This document shows positions 27,712 through 40,354 of a stretch of DNA of 64,000 nucleotides, one piece after another. The notes under the pieces are model-generated. The model had not been told where the DNA came from and ran no database searches. It saw only the letters and a program-made list of their open reading frames with translations. The position numbers and the translations under genes were made by a program. The DNA is from Octopus vulgaris (Eukaryota), in assembly GCA_951406725.2 (NCBI GenBank), contig OX597825.1, forward strand, positions 1,612,001-1,676,000, in the 5' to 3' direction. How positions within the stretch are numbered: position 1 is the stretch's first letter; each line of letters starts with the position of its first letter.

Positions 27712-27900
27712 TTTTACTTGTTTTAGTCACTAGACTGCAGCCATGCTGGGGCACCACCTTGAATATTTAGTCGAACGAATTGACTCCAGTTATTTTTTTA
27801 AGAAGTAGTACTTATTATAACGGTCTCAGCAATACCGGTTGTCAAGCGGTGGTAGTGGTAACGATGGGGGCAAACACACACACAAGCTATAGTAGAAGAT
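27712..27900 (-). mobile_element. SINE family C, 3' part
   Basis: gactgcagccatgctggggcaccacc...ccggttgtcaagcggtggt is the reverse complement of 50365-50540. Confidence 0.75.
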
Positions 27901-28779
27901 ACTCGCTCCGAGGAATCCCTGTCTATTCTGTGGACTAACGAGAAGATGATTAATAGAATTTCTGAACGACTCCCGAGATGCCTACACGCATATAAATGTA
28001 CTTTCGCACAATGCAGTGAAAATGAATTTTGAGTAACCGTTATCTTAACTTAATTTACTTTAAGGTATGGATGACTTCAGTTTACTTTTAACCTCCCCAT
28101 TCTTATAAACACCAAGTTGATAAATAACTCGCTTTGTGATCATGAGTGCACCAGACCTCACGTGTGCACATGTTCACATTTTGGGGGATGCTTTTATGAG
28201 CGTTGTGCTCGCAACTTGCAGCTTGCTCGAGGGCATTTATACATCCATAACTGTTAACGGTTATTTCAAACAATTTTCTTGCTGGATTTCGTGTTCGTTT
28301 CCCTTTTTGTCTTCTGTAATTTTATTTTTGATCTTCTATATGAATGAGGATATTTCCCCCGTCTGGCTGCTTTTCTCTCTACAAAACGGGAAGTTATATT
28401 GCGGAAGAGACATTTTAACGAGTTGTCTTTATTTATCACCCGACGAGATACATCTGCACCACCGGAGACTCCTGAATCAGTTGTTGAGTGTCCCACCCGT
28501 GAGGAATCGATGCTAGATGCGTTGAAACAATTGTCGTGATTAATAATAAATTCTTGTATATTCCATCTCCTATCATCCATTTGCTATACACACACACATA
28601 CATACATACACACACTCACACATATTTCTGTGTGTGTGTACAGAGAGAGAGAAAGGGTGAGAGAGAAATATGCATACATACATAATTCTCAGTATAAGTA
28701 TGAGCAATATGGCATTTTCCTTCTTTTCTCCGTCTTCTCATCTTGTGATTGGAAATTGGCGCCTGTGTGTGTATATATA

Positions 28780-28864
<85 letters not shown>

Positions 28865-29330
28865 ATGCCGAATCGAAGGTAGAATTTAAGAAGGCCAAAT
28901 ATCAAAGCACCAAATCAAAATGTCGAGAGCTAGAATGGTAGCAAATGGTATAAATGAGAAAGAATTAAAACTCGTAACTTTGAAATATTTTAAGGGGAAA
29001 TAATATGAAAATCGCTCTTAAAAGCAATTGATATGCAATTTTAAAGGGACCCTATTTATGACACAAATTATAAGATAGATACTTTAAAATGAATTAAAAG
29101 CGTATACTTTGGTTACGAGATTAAAGGGATAAGCCAAAACATAAATAGTTTATTTATTGAAGATTTCCGTCCTTTAAATTCTCTCATAAATGAATATTTC
29201 CTTTCTTGTAATACATAGATAAATTTGACGAACGATCAAAAGCCGGAATTTTCATAGACTGAAATTATTCATGTGCTCTTGTATATCTCCAATTACTTTC
29301 ACTCTTTGCCTCTAAACTCACACACACACA

Positions 29331-29368
<38 letters not shown>

Positions 29369-29454
29369 AAAGCTTATCTCTATACATATTTCTGTCTGTC
29401 TGTCTCTCTCTGTGTCCTTCTCTCCGTACTTATATGCCTGTCTACCTGTCTGTG

Positions 29455-29571
<117 letters not shown>

Positions 29572-29608
29572 AACACCTAGGCGCAATATAATGCCACAAA
29601 TGAAAAAT

Positions 29609-29642
29609 TTGTGACTAGGTGCTTCGGCACCCTTAGTCACAA
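29609..29642. other. 14-bp hairpin with C(UUCG)G loop in a short unique insert within (TA)n
   Basis: ttgtgacta-ggtgc-ttcg-gcacc-ct-tagtcacaa. Confidence 0.85.
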
Positions 29643-29648
29643 TTAGTG

Positions 29649-29714
<66 letters not shown>

Positions 29715-30529
29715 CACGTATAAATACGTACATTAATACACGCTTCCATACATTTTATATATATATGTTAATGATGATACATTTCAAGAGGCTCTCTTTT
29801 TGACAACTCGTGATTGAATGTATATATATATATAAATATATATATATACTGTCCAATTTGGGCATCGATTTTCAAAAATATCTTTCTCCTAATAAGATAA
29901 TTGTAACCTCGATCTTACTGCTGAAACGATAGATACGATCTTCCATATGTTCTGCAACACAGCTAAAATTGGTTGCAAATTATTAATCCGGTTCGGCATA
30001 ATTCTTTAGATGTCAAAGTTTCTTCGTAGTGAATAGCAACCGTGTATTATGAAAATAATATAAAGTGAATTGAATGATAGTTTTCCAAATACGTCGAATG
30101 CAATTACGAATTCTCGTACAGTCTGTATAAAATTTTTATTGTGTATGGCATGTGTATAATTGTATATTCGGACAGTATTTCAAGTAAGGTCTTTCCGAAG
30201 CATTCTTGTTTTCTTTTCGCTTACACTTTGTACCAATTACGCTTTGAAAACAGCGATATCTTGTATATAAGCTACGGAAGTTTTAAACGCTGTTCTCTAC
30301 CCCATGGTGAACATTATTAATGTGAGAACTCTTGACGGATGTCTGCATTATATAGATATGATTATATTAATGTGTAGATCTTGATTCATTTTTCATCTCT
30401 ACATCATATACGTACATCCTGAAATTTGCATACTTTTATCCGAATAGCGTTTTCGTAAACTGTTACCTCCAAATGCATCACGATGTTATTTCAAATACTC
30501 TACCTGCCTATCTATCTGATTGTATCTCC

Positions 30530-30574
<45 letters not shown>

Positions 30575-30608
30575 ACATTTGTATATGAGTGTATGTACAT
30601 AAGTATAC

Positions 30609-30647
<39 letters not shown>

Positions 30648-30859
30648 TTATTAGAGGTAATGGTGTCAATAAGACCCAAAGGTGTCAGGTAATGCTAAGT
30701 AAGTGCTATGGACAGACTATAGTTAAGCTCCAGGTTCGGTGATTATGCGAATGAGGAGTCCAACATAGGTCATTTATCAGCATGTGTGTATATAAAAAAT
30801 TAACAGAATGAGATAAAAATCCAAGACTGTGAAAGATTTCAGAACATTTATAAAGAGAA

Positions 30860-30909
30860 GGTCTTAGAGCAGTTTCCGGGATATTTTATATATCCCTTCA
30901 TCGGAGACC
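30860..30909 (-). ncRNA. Type-I hammerhead ribozyme-like motif
   Basis: Minus strand GGUCU-CCGAUGA-A-GGGAUAU(AUAAA)AUAUCCC-G-GAAA-CUGCUCU-A-AGACC: 5-bp stem I, 7-bp stem II, stem III two changes away from the palindrome ACAGCUGU. Confidence 0.7.
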
Positions 30910-31074
30910 GTGCGAGAAAATGGTTAAGCAATAGTTATAGTAAAAATGGAAAAAAAGTACAAGAACAAGAAAGAAAGAAAAAAAGCAAAAAAAAAAAAAA
31001 AATCAGAAAGGAAAACAACAACAAAAGAATGAAAGTAAAAAGGAAAAACATCAATTCAACACCAAGTACCTCAG

Positions 31075-31290
31075 TTGGTCGCACACCACAAGGTTCAACG
31101 TAACCTACTGAAGCAAGCCAACACACTCGGAGTGTTATCACGGGGCTAAAGCTTTGGAACAGCCAAGCACCCTCACGGGCATCACCTGACGTCTCGGTAA
31201 GGCGAGCCGCCAGCGATGACAAAAACTTTGCTGCTAGCGGCCCAACCCCTCCAAACGTCTCAAACCTCACAGGCCGGAATAGATAGTACG
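31075..31290 (-). pseudogene. C-terminal fragment of a CRE/RLE-type non-LTR retrotransposon ORF
   Basis: YLFRPVRFETFGGVGPLAAKFLSSLAARLTETSGDAREGAWLFQSFS matches the FxPxAxETxGxxGxxAxxFLxxLxxRLxxxSGDxRExxxLxQRxS pattern; GC-rich island. Confidence 0.75.
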
Positions 31291-31992
31291 ACGTACTTCT
31301 TTGAAGGAGATTTAACTGTGTATTTATCTTTCGCTGAAGCAAACCACAAACATGTATTTAATTTTGATTTATCGTTGCTTTTCCTTTTCTGCAACTGCGT
31401 TATAGAGTCCAAGAACCTCTTCGAAAACGTTTATATCCATTTATACCCTGGCAAAACTATACACAGCATAAAACACAGACAAATCTACGCAGGAAAGTTA
31501 GGTTGCTCGCTCGACCTGCAGCAAAATAATAAACATATTTCTCCCAAGTCATATTCCCCACTTCCAAAACATGGAAAGACACAGGAAATAATTTATTCTT
31601 TATTTGTTTCAAAATGACGGGTTGGTTACGGTTAGTTTGATATTGACTCCAGGTTCGAGCAGAGTTGACTTCATGTAGAAAGATGAAAAACAACAATCAC
31701 AGTTAAAAATAGTTTTTCGCTATCACTGGAAACTATAAAAAAAAATACAAGCAAAAATGCTACAGTCTCATAACTGTGTCTGCTTTTATCCTACACAAGT
31801 TGTCAATGCAAGTTTTCTATTTGCATAGATCTAACTTCAACTGAAACACGCGCGCGCACACACACACATACATAAATACACGCACACACACTTACAAAAA
31901 TACACTCTCACTCAGACACACACACATACAAGTGTGTGCGAGTGTGCATGTATGAATATATGATTATATAAACATTCTCACATGCATACAAA

Positions 31993-32878
31993 CGAGGTCT
32001 GATCAATAAGGATGTTGCCATAGTAACGAAGCTAAAGCACGCAGCGCGAAGCCGCTCCGGCAAAGATTGACCTTGAACCCTGCTGTGTATATGCGATAAG
32101 TTTTAACGTTCTAGCGCACTTTCGCTGTTTACAGCAGTGCTTGGAAGGAGGGTGTGTAGCGTGTGATCGTCGCATTGATCATAGAAGAGAAAGTTGTCAT
32201 GGCGATACCTGCTCAGAGGCCAACACAAAATTACAGAAAGTGTATGGAGAGGAGTGTATGAGCCACATACAAGTGTACAGGTGGTTCAGACATTTCCAAG
32301 ATGGCTGAAAAAATGTCGATATTGACGAACGTTCTAGGAGACCCACAACCGGTAGAATTGAGGAGAATATCGCAGATGTGCATGCAATTGCAAGGGGAAA
32401 TTGTCGAATCACCATCCGTGAGTTATCAGAGGATGTGCAGATTAGTTACGGTTCAGTTCTGTCCATTATCATTGAAGATTTGGGTATGAGACACGTGTCT
32501 CCCAAGTTTGAGCCAAAACTGCTTTCAGTTAACCAAAATGATACTCGGGGTTTCAGTTGCTCAAGATCTCCTTGATTGTGTCGAGAACGATGAAAACTTT
32601 TTTAAAACTTTACGTAGGCTTCTGAGCTGGTATCCCCAAGCTTTTGGCAAAATTTCAGATTCTCTGCTCAACTTTCTCTGTCATGTTCAATGCGACGATC
32701 ACACGCTACACACCTTCCTTCTAAGCACTGCTGTAAACAGCGGAAGTTACCTAGCCCCTTAAAACTTAGTGCACATGCACGGCAGCGTTCAAGGTCAATC
32801 TGTGTCAAGCGGCATCACTTTGCGTGTTTTAGCTTCGTTACTATGACAATAGTCTGGCTACTTATTGATCAGACCACC
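31993..32878 (+). mobile_element. Non-autonomous mariner derivative with long inverted ends
   Basis: 31993-~32232 is inverted at ~32608-32878. The interior encodes a decayed HTH (KLQKVYGEECMSHIQVYRWFRHFQDG; RITIRELSEDVQISYGSVLSIIIEDLGMRHVSPKFEPKLL). TA at the right end. Confidence 0.92.
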
Positions 32879-33254
32879 TACAAATACTCAGATATACGCG
32901 CTCGCCTTCATTTTTTTCGAGCTTGCAAAGCGTATGATGATATCTTTAAAACTGCTCAATAGATTTTTACTGCTATCATATTAACACACGCGCGCACACA
33001 TGCATTATTATTACTATTATAATGTGTGTGTGTGTGTGTGTGTGGGTGTGAGTGTATTTGTGTGTGTGTGTGTGTATGAATACATACAGAAACACATGGG
33101 CGCTTTATGTCAACAATTTTAGAGAAGAGTTCTTTAAAGAAGCGTACATGTCAGCGATGTCAGGCGAGTGTCCAAACTTCGATGACCATTTGTGACTGGC
33201 AAACAGAACTGTTAATTGATTTTTACAAGCAGCATTTATCATTTCTCTCTCTTC

Positions 33255-33318
33255 TTTCTCTGTCTGCCTCTCTCTCTCTCTCTCTCTCTCTACGTCTGTC
33301 TCCATCGCTTTGTTTCTG

Positions 33319-33371
<53 letters not shown>

Positions 33372-33400
33372 GTCTGTCTCCTTCGCTGTGTTTCTGCCTC
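33255..33400. repeat. Tandem duplication of a (TC)n-containing unit of about 78 bp
   Basis: tacgtctgtctcc(a/t)tcgct(t/g)tgtttctgcct occurs twice. Confidence 0.85.
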
Positions 33401-34959
33401 TCACTATGATTCTCTGTTTCCCTGTCTCGACTCCATCTCTTAAAGACTGCAAATTCATAAAATTTTAACTCGGAAGACCCTACAGACAACATAGTTTGAT
33501 ATATCCTTTGTTAGAAAACGCTTCTCAATAGACTTTTCAACAACAGGATCACAGAAGAATGGTAATAATAGATTTATTGAACATTGACTTTTCGGGATAG
33601 AAAATTTGATTAATGACCCTGTCGAAGAATCTTTTACAATGAGTCACTGAAAACTTTTCAACACCGAAGAAATAGCTTTGAGAACAATATTTCCCCAAAA
33701 TACCGCCAGTAATTCAGGTTCATAATTAATATTAATGTCCGAAATTAAATAAATATTAATTGATTTAATGTTAGTAATGAAATTAGTATTACTTATCAGC
33801 GTGCAGGCTTTCTCATTAGTTTACAAAACTGCTGGCAACATTGATGTAAAATTTGTTCTGCCAGTTAATTATCTGATCCAGAATAATGAATAAAGAAAAA
33901 CATAATTTGTCACATCAGTCTGATCCTTTCGTTATCGTATTATTCATATATGTATCTTTATTTTGTATATAAGTGACGTCTGTCCGTCTGTCTGTCTGTC
34001 TGTCTGTCCGTCCAGCTGTCTGCCTGTCTGTCTTTCTATCTATCTATGTGTACGTATGTATAACACACACACGCGTATATATAAAATTAAAGAAATGTGA
34101 AGAAAACAGGAATTACGCAAGTTTCTTCCCCTTTAATTTCACACTACACTCTGTATTCACCGAACGCTTTATTCTCAAGCATATGTATACCCACTTATGC
34201 AAAATCTTATTATATATACATACATGCCTATATAATGCAAGAACATTAAATACCGCCCCCCCCCCCCAGCATGGTCTCATTTTAAAGACTGAAATCAGCA
34301 GAAAACATACACACTCATACACATACAACTCCTAAAGGCGCCAACGTATATACTTCTATATAAACGACTCGTTGCAATAAATATGCATTCATACATATTC
34401 TCGTATTTTCTTTAGAGTTTGTCTCTGAAACGTGAGAGCAAAGGATGCTGTAAAACAGAAGCACTTTCTCTTTCACACGGCAACTGATCGCCGTACAAAA
34501 GCAAACCAAATCGCTTCTACATTCATATAAACCTTATTCATAGAGTTCAACATTTAAAGTGCAACTTTTAGTAAGTACAAAGCTAACGACGCCTCAAAGA
34601 ACAGCGGGCACTCGGAGCGACGAACTATCTGTAAGAGATTGGCAGGAAGACAAACAACAGTGGTCGTGCGCTTTTATCAAATGACACACCCTTCAAATAT
34701 CAGATAACAAACCATTCTGTCATTGAAATATGGAAGTACTTCCTATTCTTGATTGCAATATCGAAAAACAACATCGGGAAGACAGCAAATGGCGAGGGGA
34801 AACTGCGACATAAAAAACCCTTTTGTCTTTCGAGAAGCAACACTTAAAGTCACACGCACCGAACGACAAACATTTAATGTGTTGAAAGGAAACGGCGTAC
34901 GGAACTGAAAATCGACCCATATTTAAGATGGAACCACACACACACACACATACACACAC

Positions 34960-34996
<37 letters not shown>

Positions 34997-35362
34997 TACA
35001 TACACAAACACGAACGCTCAGTCACAAACACACACACACACACTCACAAACACACACACATAAACACTCACACACACACACACATACATTCCTATATTTC
35101 AGAAAATTTTACATCAATAGATAACATTTACTCCAGTATGTATGTTTGTGTAAGTGTACATACGCACATACATATATACATACATACGAAAATATGGTGT
35201 TTTCCGGACGATTATAGTTCTTGCCAGTATATATGTATACAATCATGTGCTTTCACTACAGCATCAGAGCATTTAGCTCTTATTTCTAGCAATGCAAGTG
35301 TTGCTATCCTCTTAGTCACATTTAGTGACAATTATAGTTTTTGGTAAAACAATGCACACTAC

Positions 35363-35403
<41 letters not shown>

Positions 35404-35495
35404 ATATATATATATATATATATATTTATTTATATCTATATATATCAATATATATATAACAGATGTATTAGTATAACGCTCGGGATCGAAAAAGT

Positions 35496-35531
35496 CTTTT
35501 ACGTTTCGAGCCTACGCTCTTCCACAGAAAG
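35496..35531 (-). ncRNA. Minimal type-I hammerhead-like motif with A6U core variant
   Basis: Minus strand CUUU-CUGUGGA-A-GAGC(GUAG)GCUC-GAAA-CGU-A-AAAG, embedded in a repeat (35458-35545) shared with 39840-39930. Confidence 0.6.
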
Positions 35532-36887
35532 GAACACAGAAAGAAAGTGAGAGATAGAGAGATAGAGATAGACTTACACACATACATGTACATTTATATG
35601 AATGTATGTATGTATCTATGTATAAATGTGTGTAAATATCTGTGTCTGCTTGTGTGTGCCTACGTCACTTATCGATGTGAATGTCACTGGCAAGTCTGAA
35701 ATTATCAGAGTATATGCACCGAATATAAAAAATCCCAAAAGCAGCGATGAAGTCCTCTCAGCCAGTTAAAACATGCTAAACATCTCCCCAGCCATCAAAC
35801 TACTACGTATAGATTTTAATGCCATGATAGGGAACGTCTATGGGAAGTGACTCGTTGTTTTGGAAATGAATGATGTTGTTGGCTGTAATGCCAGTGGAGT
35901 GCATCTAACGCCTATGTGTAATGATCCCGAAATAGGCAACGTAGCGGTACTCTCTTCGAGTACATGTATATGATTGATTTTGTCATTATATTATACGGTA
36001 GTAAGTCGAAGTGGATATCCACAGTACCAGAACCATGCATATCGAAACTGCTGGGTCGATTATTTGCTATAATTATCTCAGATTATTTTCAACAAGCGCC
36101 AACAGCATAGCAGAAAAGTACTGCAAAACTGTAAAGCTATTCACAGAAATGTTCGTACTACTACTAAGAAGATTAAGCAAGGAGAAATGAATGTGGCACT
36201 CGTCCAATGAGACGTTCTGCAAGAGGAGATGATTGACTGGGTGTTCTTGTCTCTGTGACAAGTTGTGCACGGCAGGTTTAAAACGGTTTGGCAAGCTCGA
36301 CCTACATAACCCACGAAATAACAGCAGAGATGTAGTGTGGTGTCTTACTTAACTTTAGTTCAGTCGAAATTTTGTCTCAAGACTAAATCCATTGCAACGA
36401 AACGAAAATCAAGTGCAAGATCTACAAAGCAGTAGCCATAACCTTTTGTCTGTGTAGTGCCAAAACTTGGGCCTTACTCATGCTCATTTGATGAAACTCC
36501 TGTGCTCTGACGTGAAAATCTCATAGAGAGAAATGCTTCCCAACAATGAGACCACTGGGCAAACAAGATTGCAAAGTATGTGTGATCTTTCCTTATCAGG
36601 AGGTTTTTTTTTTGGGGGGGGAAACGAATCTATCAGACGGAGCATGTAACCCCAAAGTTTTCTGAAATGCTGTTCAAGCGGTTCCTGTATTTCACCATTA
36701 TGTGAAGGGGCAAAGAATATATTATCAACCTCACCTACGCTATAAACACACCATAACGAGAATTCTGAATAAACGAGATACAAAATTAATGTCGAGGGAT
36801 TGACAGTTATAACTGTAATAAATAGTCATGTTTGTTAGCGATCGCGTGTATATATGCATGTGTGTATATATGTAAGTATGTAAACTG

Positions 36888-36919
<32 letters not shown>

Positions 36920-36999
36920 ACATGCATATGCATATGCATGTGTGTGTTTGTATAAATGAGTGTATTTGTGTATATGTGTTTACGTTTATTTGGAGATAG

Positions 37000-37072
<73 letters not shown>

Positions 37073-37994
37073 GTGAGTGGTGGGGTAGACAGAGAGAAAG
37101 AGACAACAAGAAACAGTGACAGAGACAGATTGAGAGAGGGATGTGGATATGCCGGTTCTGCAAGTATTGATGCATAGAGGTGTAATTGATCTTAATCATT
37201 TGGCCTGAAAGTGAAATTTTTGTTAGTGGTCAATCAAACGTAATTATTTTCTTTAGTGTGAATACATATTAATACTTACACAAGTAGTTTATGTTAACTA
37301 CGTGTGAGCGCTTTCAACTAATACTATAATTTGTTTTTTCAATGAACATTTCTCCGAGTAACAACTGGAAATACTCCAAGAATTCATAGGAATTTCTTGC
37401 TACACTCTCACTTGATCACCACCCGTGGCTTCTAATACTATAAATTAAAACATGTGTAGTATGAAGCGCTCTTTCTCCTCATATTTTGTTGATTGTAATC
37501 TTGGTAGTCGAAAAAAGTAGATTACATTTTTATACAAGCGCTCCACAGTTCAAGTTTAGCTCGTTATTGTTATTGTTATTGTTTAGCCTCGGCTTAGCTT
37601 CGATTAAGCAGGAAACATGACGAAAGGCTTTACTGTTATCCGTTTTTTTTTAAGTATTAAGAGCTGCATTATCTGATGTGTCCTTCTTCGTTTTCTTTTT
37701 AAAGACAGCGGGATGCGATTAGAAGAATATTGCATACTATCTATTGAGGTTCAGGCAGCTGCGTAGATGCTTCCACATTGGCTCACAGACAATGTCTATT
37801 ATTCTATAAGCTTGGAAATATTTATGTCACTAATACACAGAGAAATTAACCAAGAAAAAAAAACTGAAAACAAAGGGTCCTGAAATAATTTTAGTAACAT
37901 TATTTTTGTTTAGTGTCAGTCTTGCATGTGTGGCCTATAACTGCAAACGTTCCTGTCCCTGACCATCTCATATTCTTTCTTATTTTCAGAAATA

Positions 37995-38335
37995 GTAGGA
38001 GGAGGAGACCCCCTTCGGTCATGAATGACCATGGGATTGCAGCTAGAAAGTTCCCTTCCGAGGTACAAGTCCGGGCAAGGTTGTTTGTGGAAAACCAGCA
38101 GTCGCCCATGCATACCAGCCTCCCCTATCCACGCCACTGATGTTATCCAAGGGAAAGGCAAAGGGGCCGATACAGTTTGGCACCAGTGATGTCGCAACTC
38201 ATTTCTACAGCTGAGTTAACTGGAGCAACGTGAAATAAAGTGTCTTGCTCAAGAACGCAACACACATCCCGGTCTAGGAATCGAACTCACAACCTCACGA
38301 TTGTAAGCTCTACGCTCTAACCACCGAGCCATGCA
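37995..38335 (-). mobile_element. SINE family B-related copy with a different 3' body
   Basis: gagcaacgtgaaataaagtgtcttgctcaagaac...aggaatcgaactc...ctctaaccaccgagccatgc is the reverse complement of a tRNA head plus CORE-like segment. Confidence 0.8.
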
Positions 38336-39857
38336 CTTTAGGAAACAGTATACCCAGAACTACATTATCCTATGTGATTCACAGGAGATTCGGCTGCCCT
38401 TTCTAGCATTGTCTAACGACCTCCTACAGTCTTGTTCGTTCACTCGTGCTGCTGATGGCTTTGCTATTCTGGTTTTGGATATTGTTTAATTGCAAATCAA
38501 GCTTGACCGACCAACTTTATGATGAAAGGTGTTCCAACTGTGACAATCCCGTCTTTTATTCAGACACTGTATCTAAAACGATATTACTTAATGATGTACT
38601 TCTATTTTTACTTCTTATTTAAGATTATACGATGTGATTCTATAATGATTTCGCTGAAAGCTTTCTTTAACGTTTACTCGCAAATCCAAACATATTCAGC
38701 GTTGCGACTAAGGATATACACCAACTCCCTGCAAAATATACAAAATACGCCACTTAAGGAGGCAAACTTCGGTGACGCACAATCAGCTAAATGTATTCCA
38801 GAATTATGTAGAACATTGTTATTTCGTGATTGTTCATTACTGGACGTTATGTTCTTTGCCAAAAAAGAGAAACATTATAAATTCAGATGTTAAAGACTTC
38901 TGTGTACTACTATAGCAATAGAATGGAGGGAAATAAAGAAAAAAGAGGGTTTAACAACCGCCATTGATGAATACGTTAAAAACTTGGCTTCCCTCCTAAA
39001 ATCAATATCTGTAATGAAGTAATGAAGATTTTTTCTTCATATATTTACCAAAGATATTTCACTTGACTGTGTGCCAGAAATGCCAGATTACTCTATAGAT
39101 TGTCTGGAACACAATTAAAGCAATTATTTAAATATTTAGTTATCGGTTTCTCCTGTCTTGCTCTGTGGGTTTCATCTCTTCTGTATCGCTTTACATGTTT
39201 TCATAAGGAAATTATTATGTAGAGATGCATACGTAGAAGGACACATCTACACACACACACGCACGCACGCACACACACACACACACACACATACACGTAT
39301 GCGTGTATAGATATATATATGAATATATCTGTGTGTATATATCTATACGATACATACTTTTATATACATACAAAGACACTCATACACACACACATATGTA
39401 TGTATGTATGTGGCGTGTGTGAGAGCATGTATACATATCCAGATTTTAATTTCAATATTAAGAATTTCCCTCGTTTTCTTATTGGTCATTTGCATTTCGT
39501 TTGCAGCAATAAATCTGCTTCTGCCGATGCTTGAATACCTTCCGCCAGTTTTATTTTCTGAACGAAATATCTTGAGAAGCGGTTGTTTGTAACTGCTGTT
39601 GAATGATTTGTGAGAATCATGGGAATATTGTTTTCTCTGTTTCACTTTTCTTATTTTTGGCCTGCAAATGTTTTGTTTCTCGGGCGCTGTCATTATGGTG
39701 TGGTTAAGTCGTTCAGTTCTGAATCACAGGGTTCCTGGATCGATCGCGACAACCGAGGTAATTGAATTCTACCGTAGCATTGGTTATATATATATTCGCC
39801 ATGACAGATCGGTAGCCATTAGACACATTTTTTCTCCCCTTGTTTCTTTATGTGTTC

Positions 39858-39893
39858 CTTTCTGTAGAAGAGCATAGGCTCGAAAAGTTAAAG
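39858..39893 (+). ncRNA. Minimal type-I hammerhead-like motif with A6U core variant, degenerate
   Basis: CUUU-CUGUAGA-A-GAGC(AUAG)GCUC-GAAA-AGU-U-AAAG, followed by ccgagcgttaaactaatacatctg, closely matching the 35496 copy. Confidence 0.55.
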
Positions 39894-40088
39894 ACTTTTT
39901 CAATTTCCGAGCGTTAAACTAATACATCTGTTTGTTTTCTACACCACCTGTCTTTTGCTTTTTTCGTGAATTCTCCCCTATATATATATGAGCGTCCATT
40001 AACACTATACTTGTTCCACGTCCTCGCGTTGTTGTGTTTTCTCTTCATGTTTTGATTAACTATATATATATAAAGAGAGAAGCGAGCG

Positions 40089-40130
<42 letters not shown>

Positions 40131-40354
40131 GGGGGTATTGTACTGCTATTCGAAGCTTAATCACTTCTTTTTAAATGTGCTTTTTCTATACATGAGCGCG
40201 TAAATTACTTTTGAATCCCGGAAGTTGTTTGCATTAAAATCAGTGCAAACATGTCTCACGTCAAATGGCACAAGGTCGTTTGTCTTGTCTGATTTATAGA
40301 AATTTAAATGCAGTTTGGACCAGCGCGGCATTTGCATATCCATTTGGAAAATAC

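Noticed and set aside
36060-36790. Possible decayed LINE or transposase sequence
   Set aside because: Only a weak IKQG-like trace; cannot be supported by eye.
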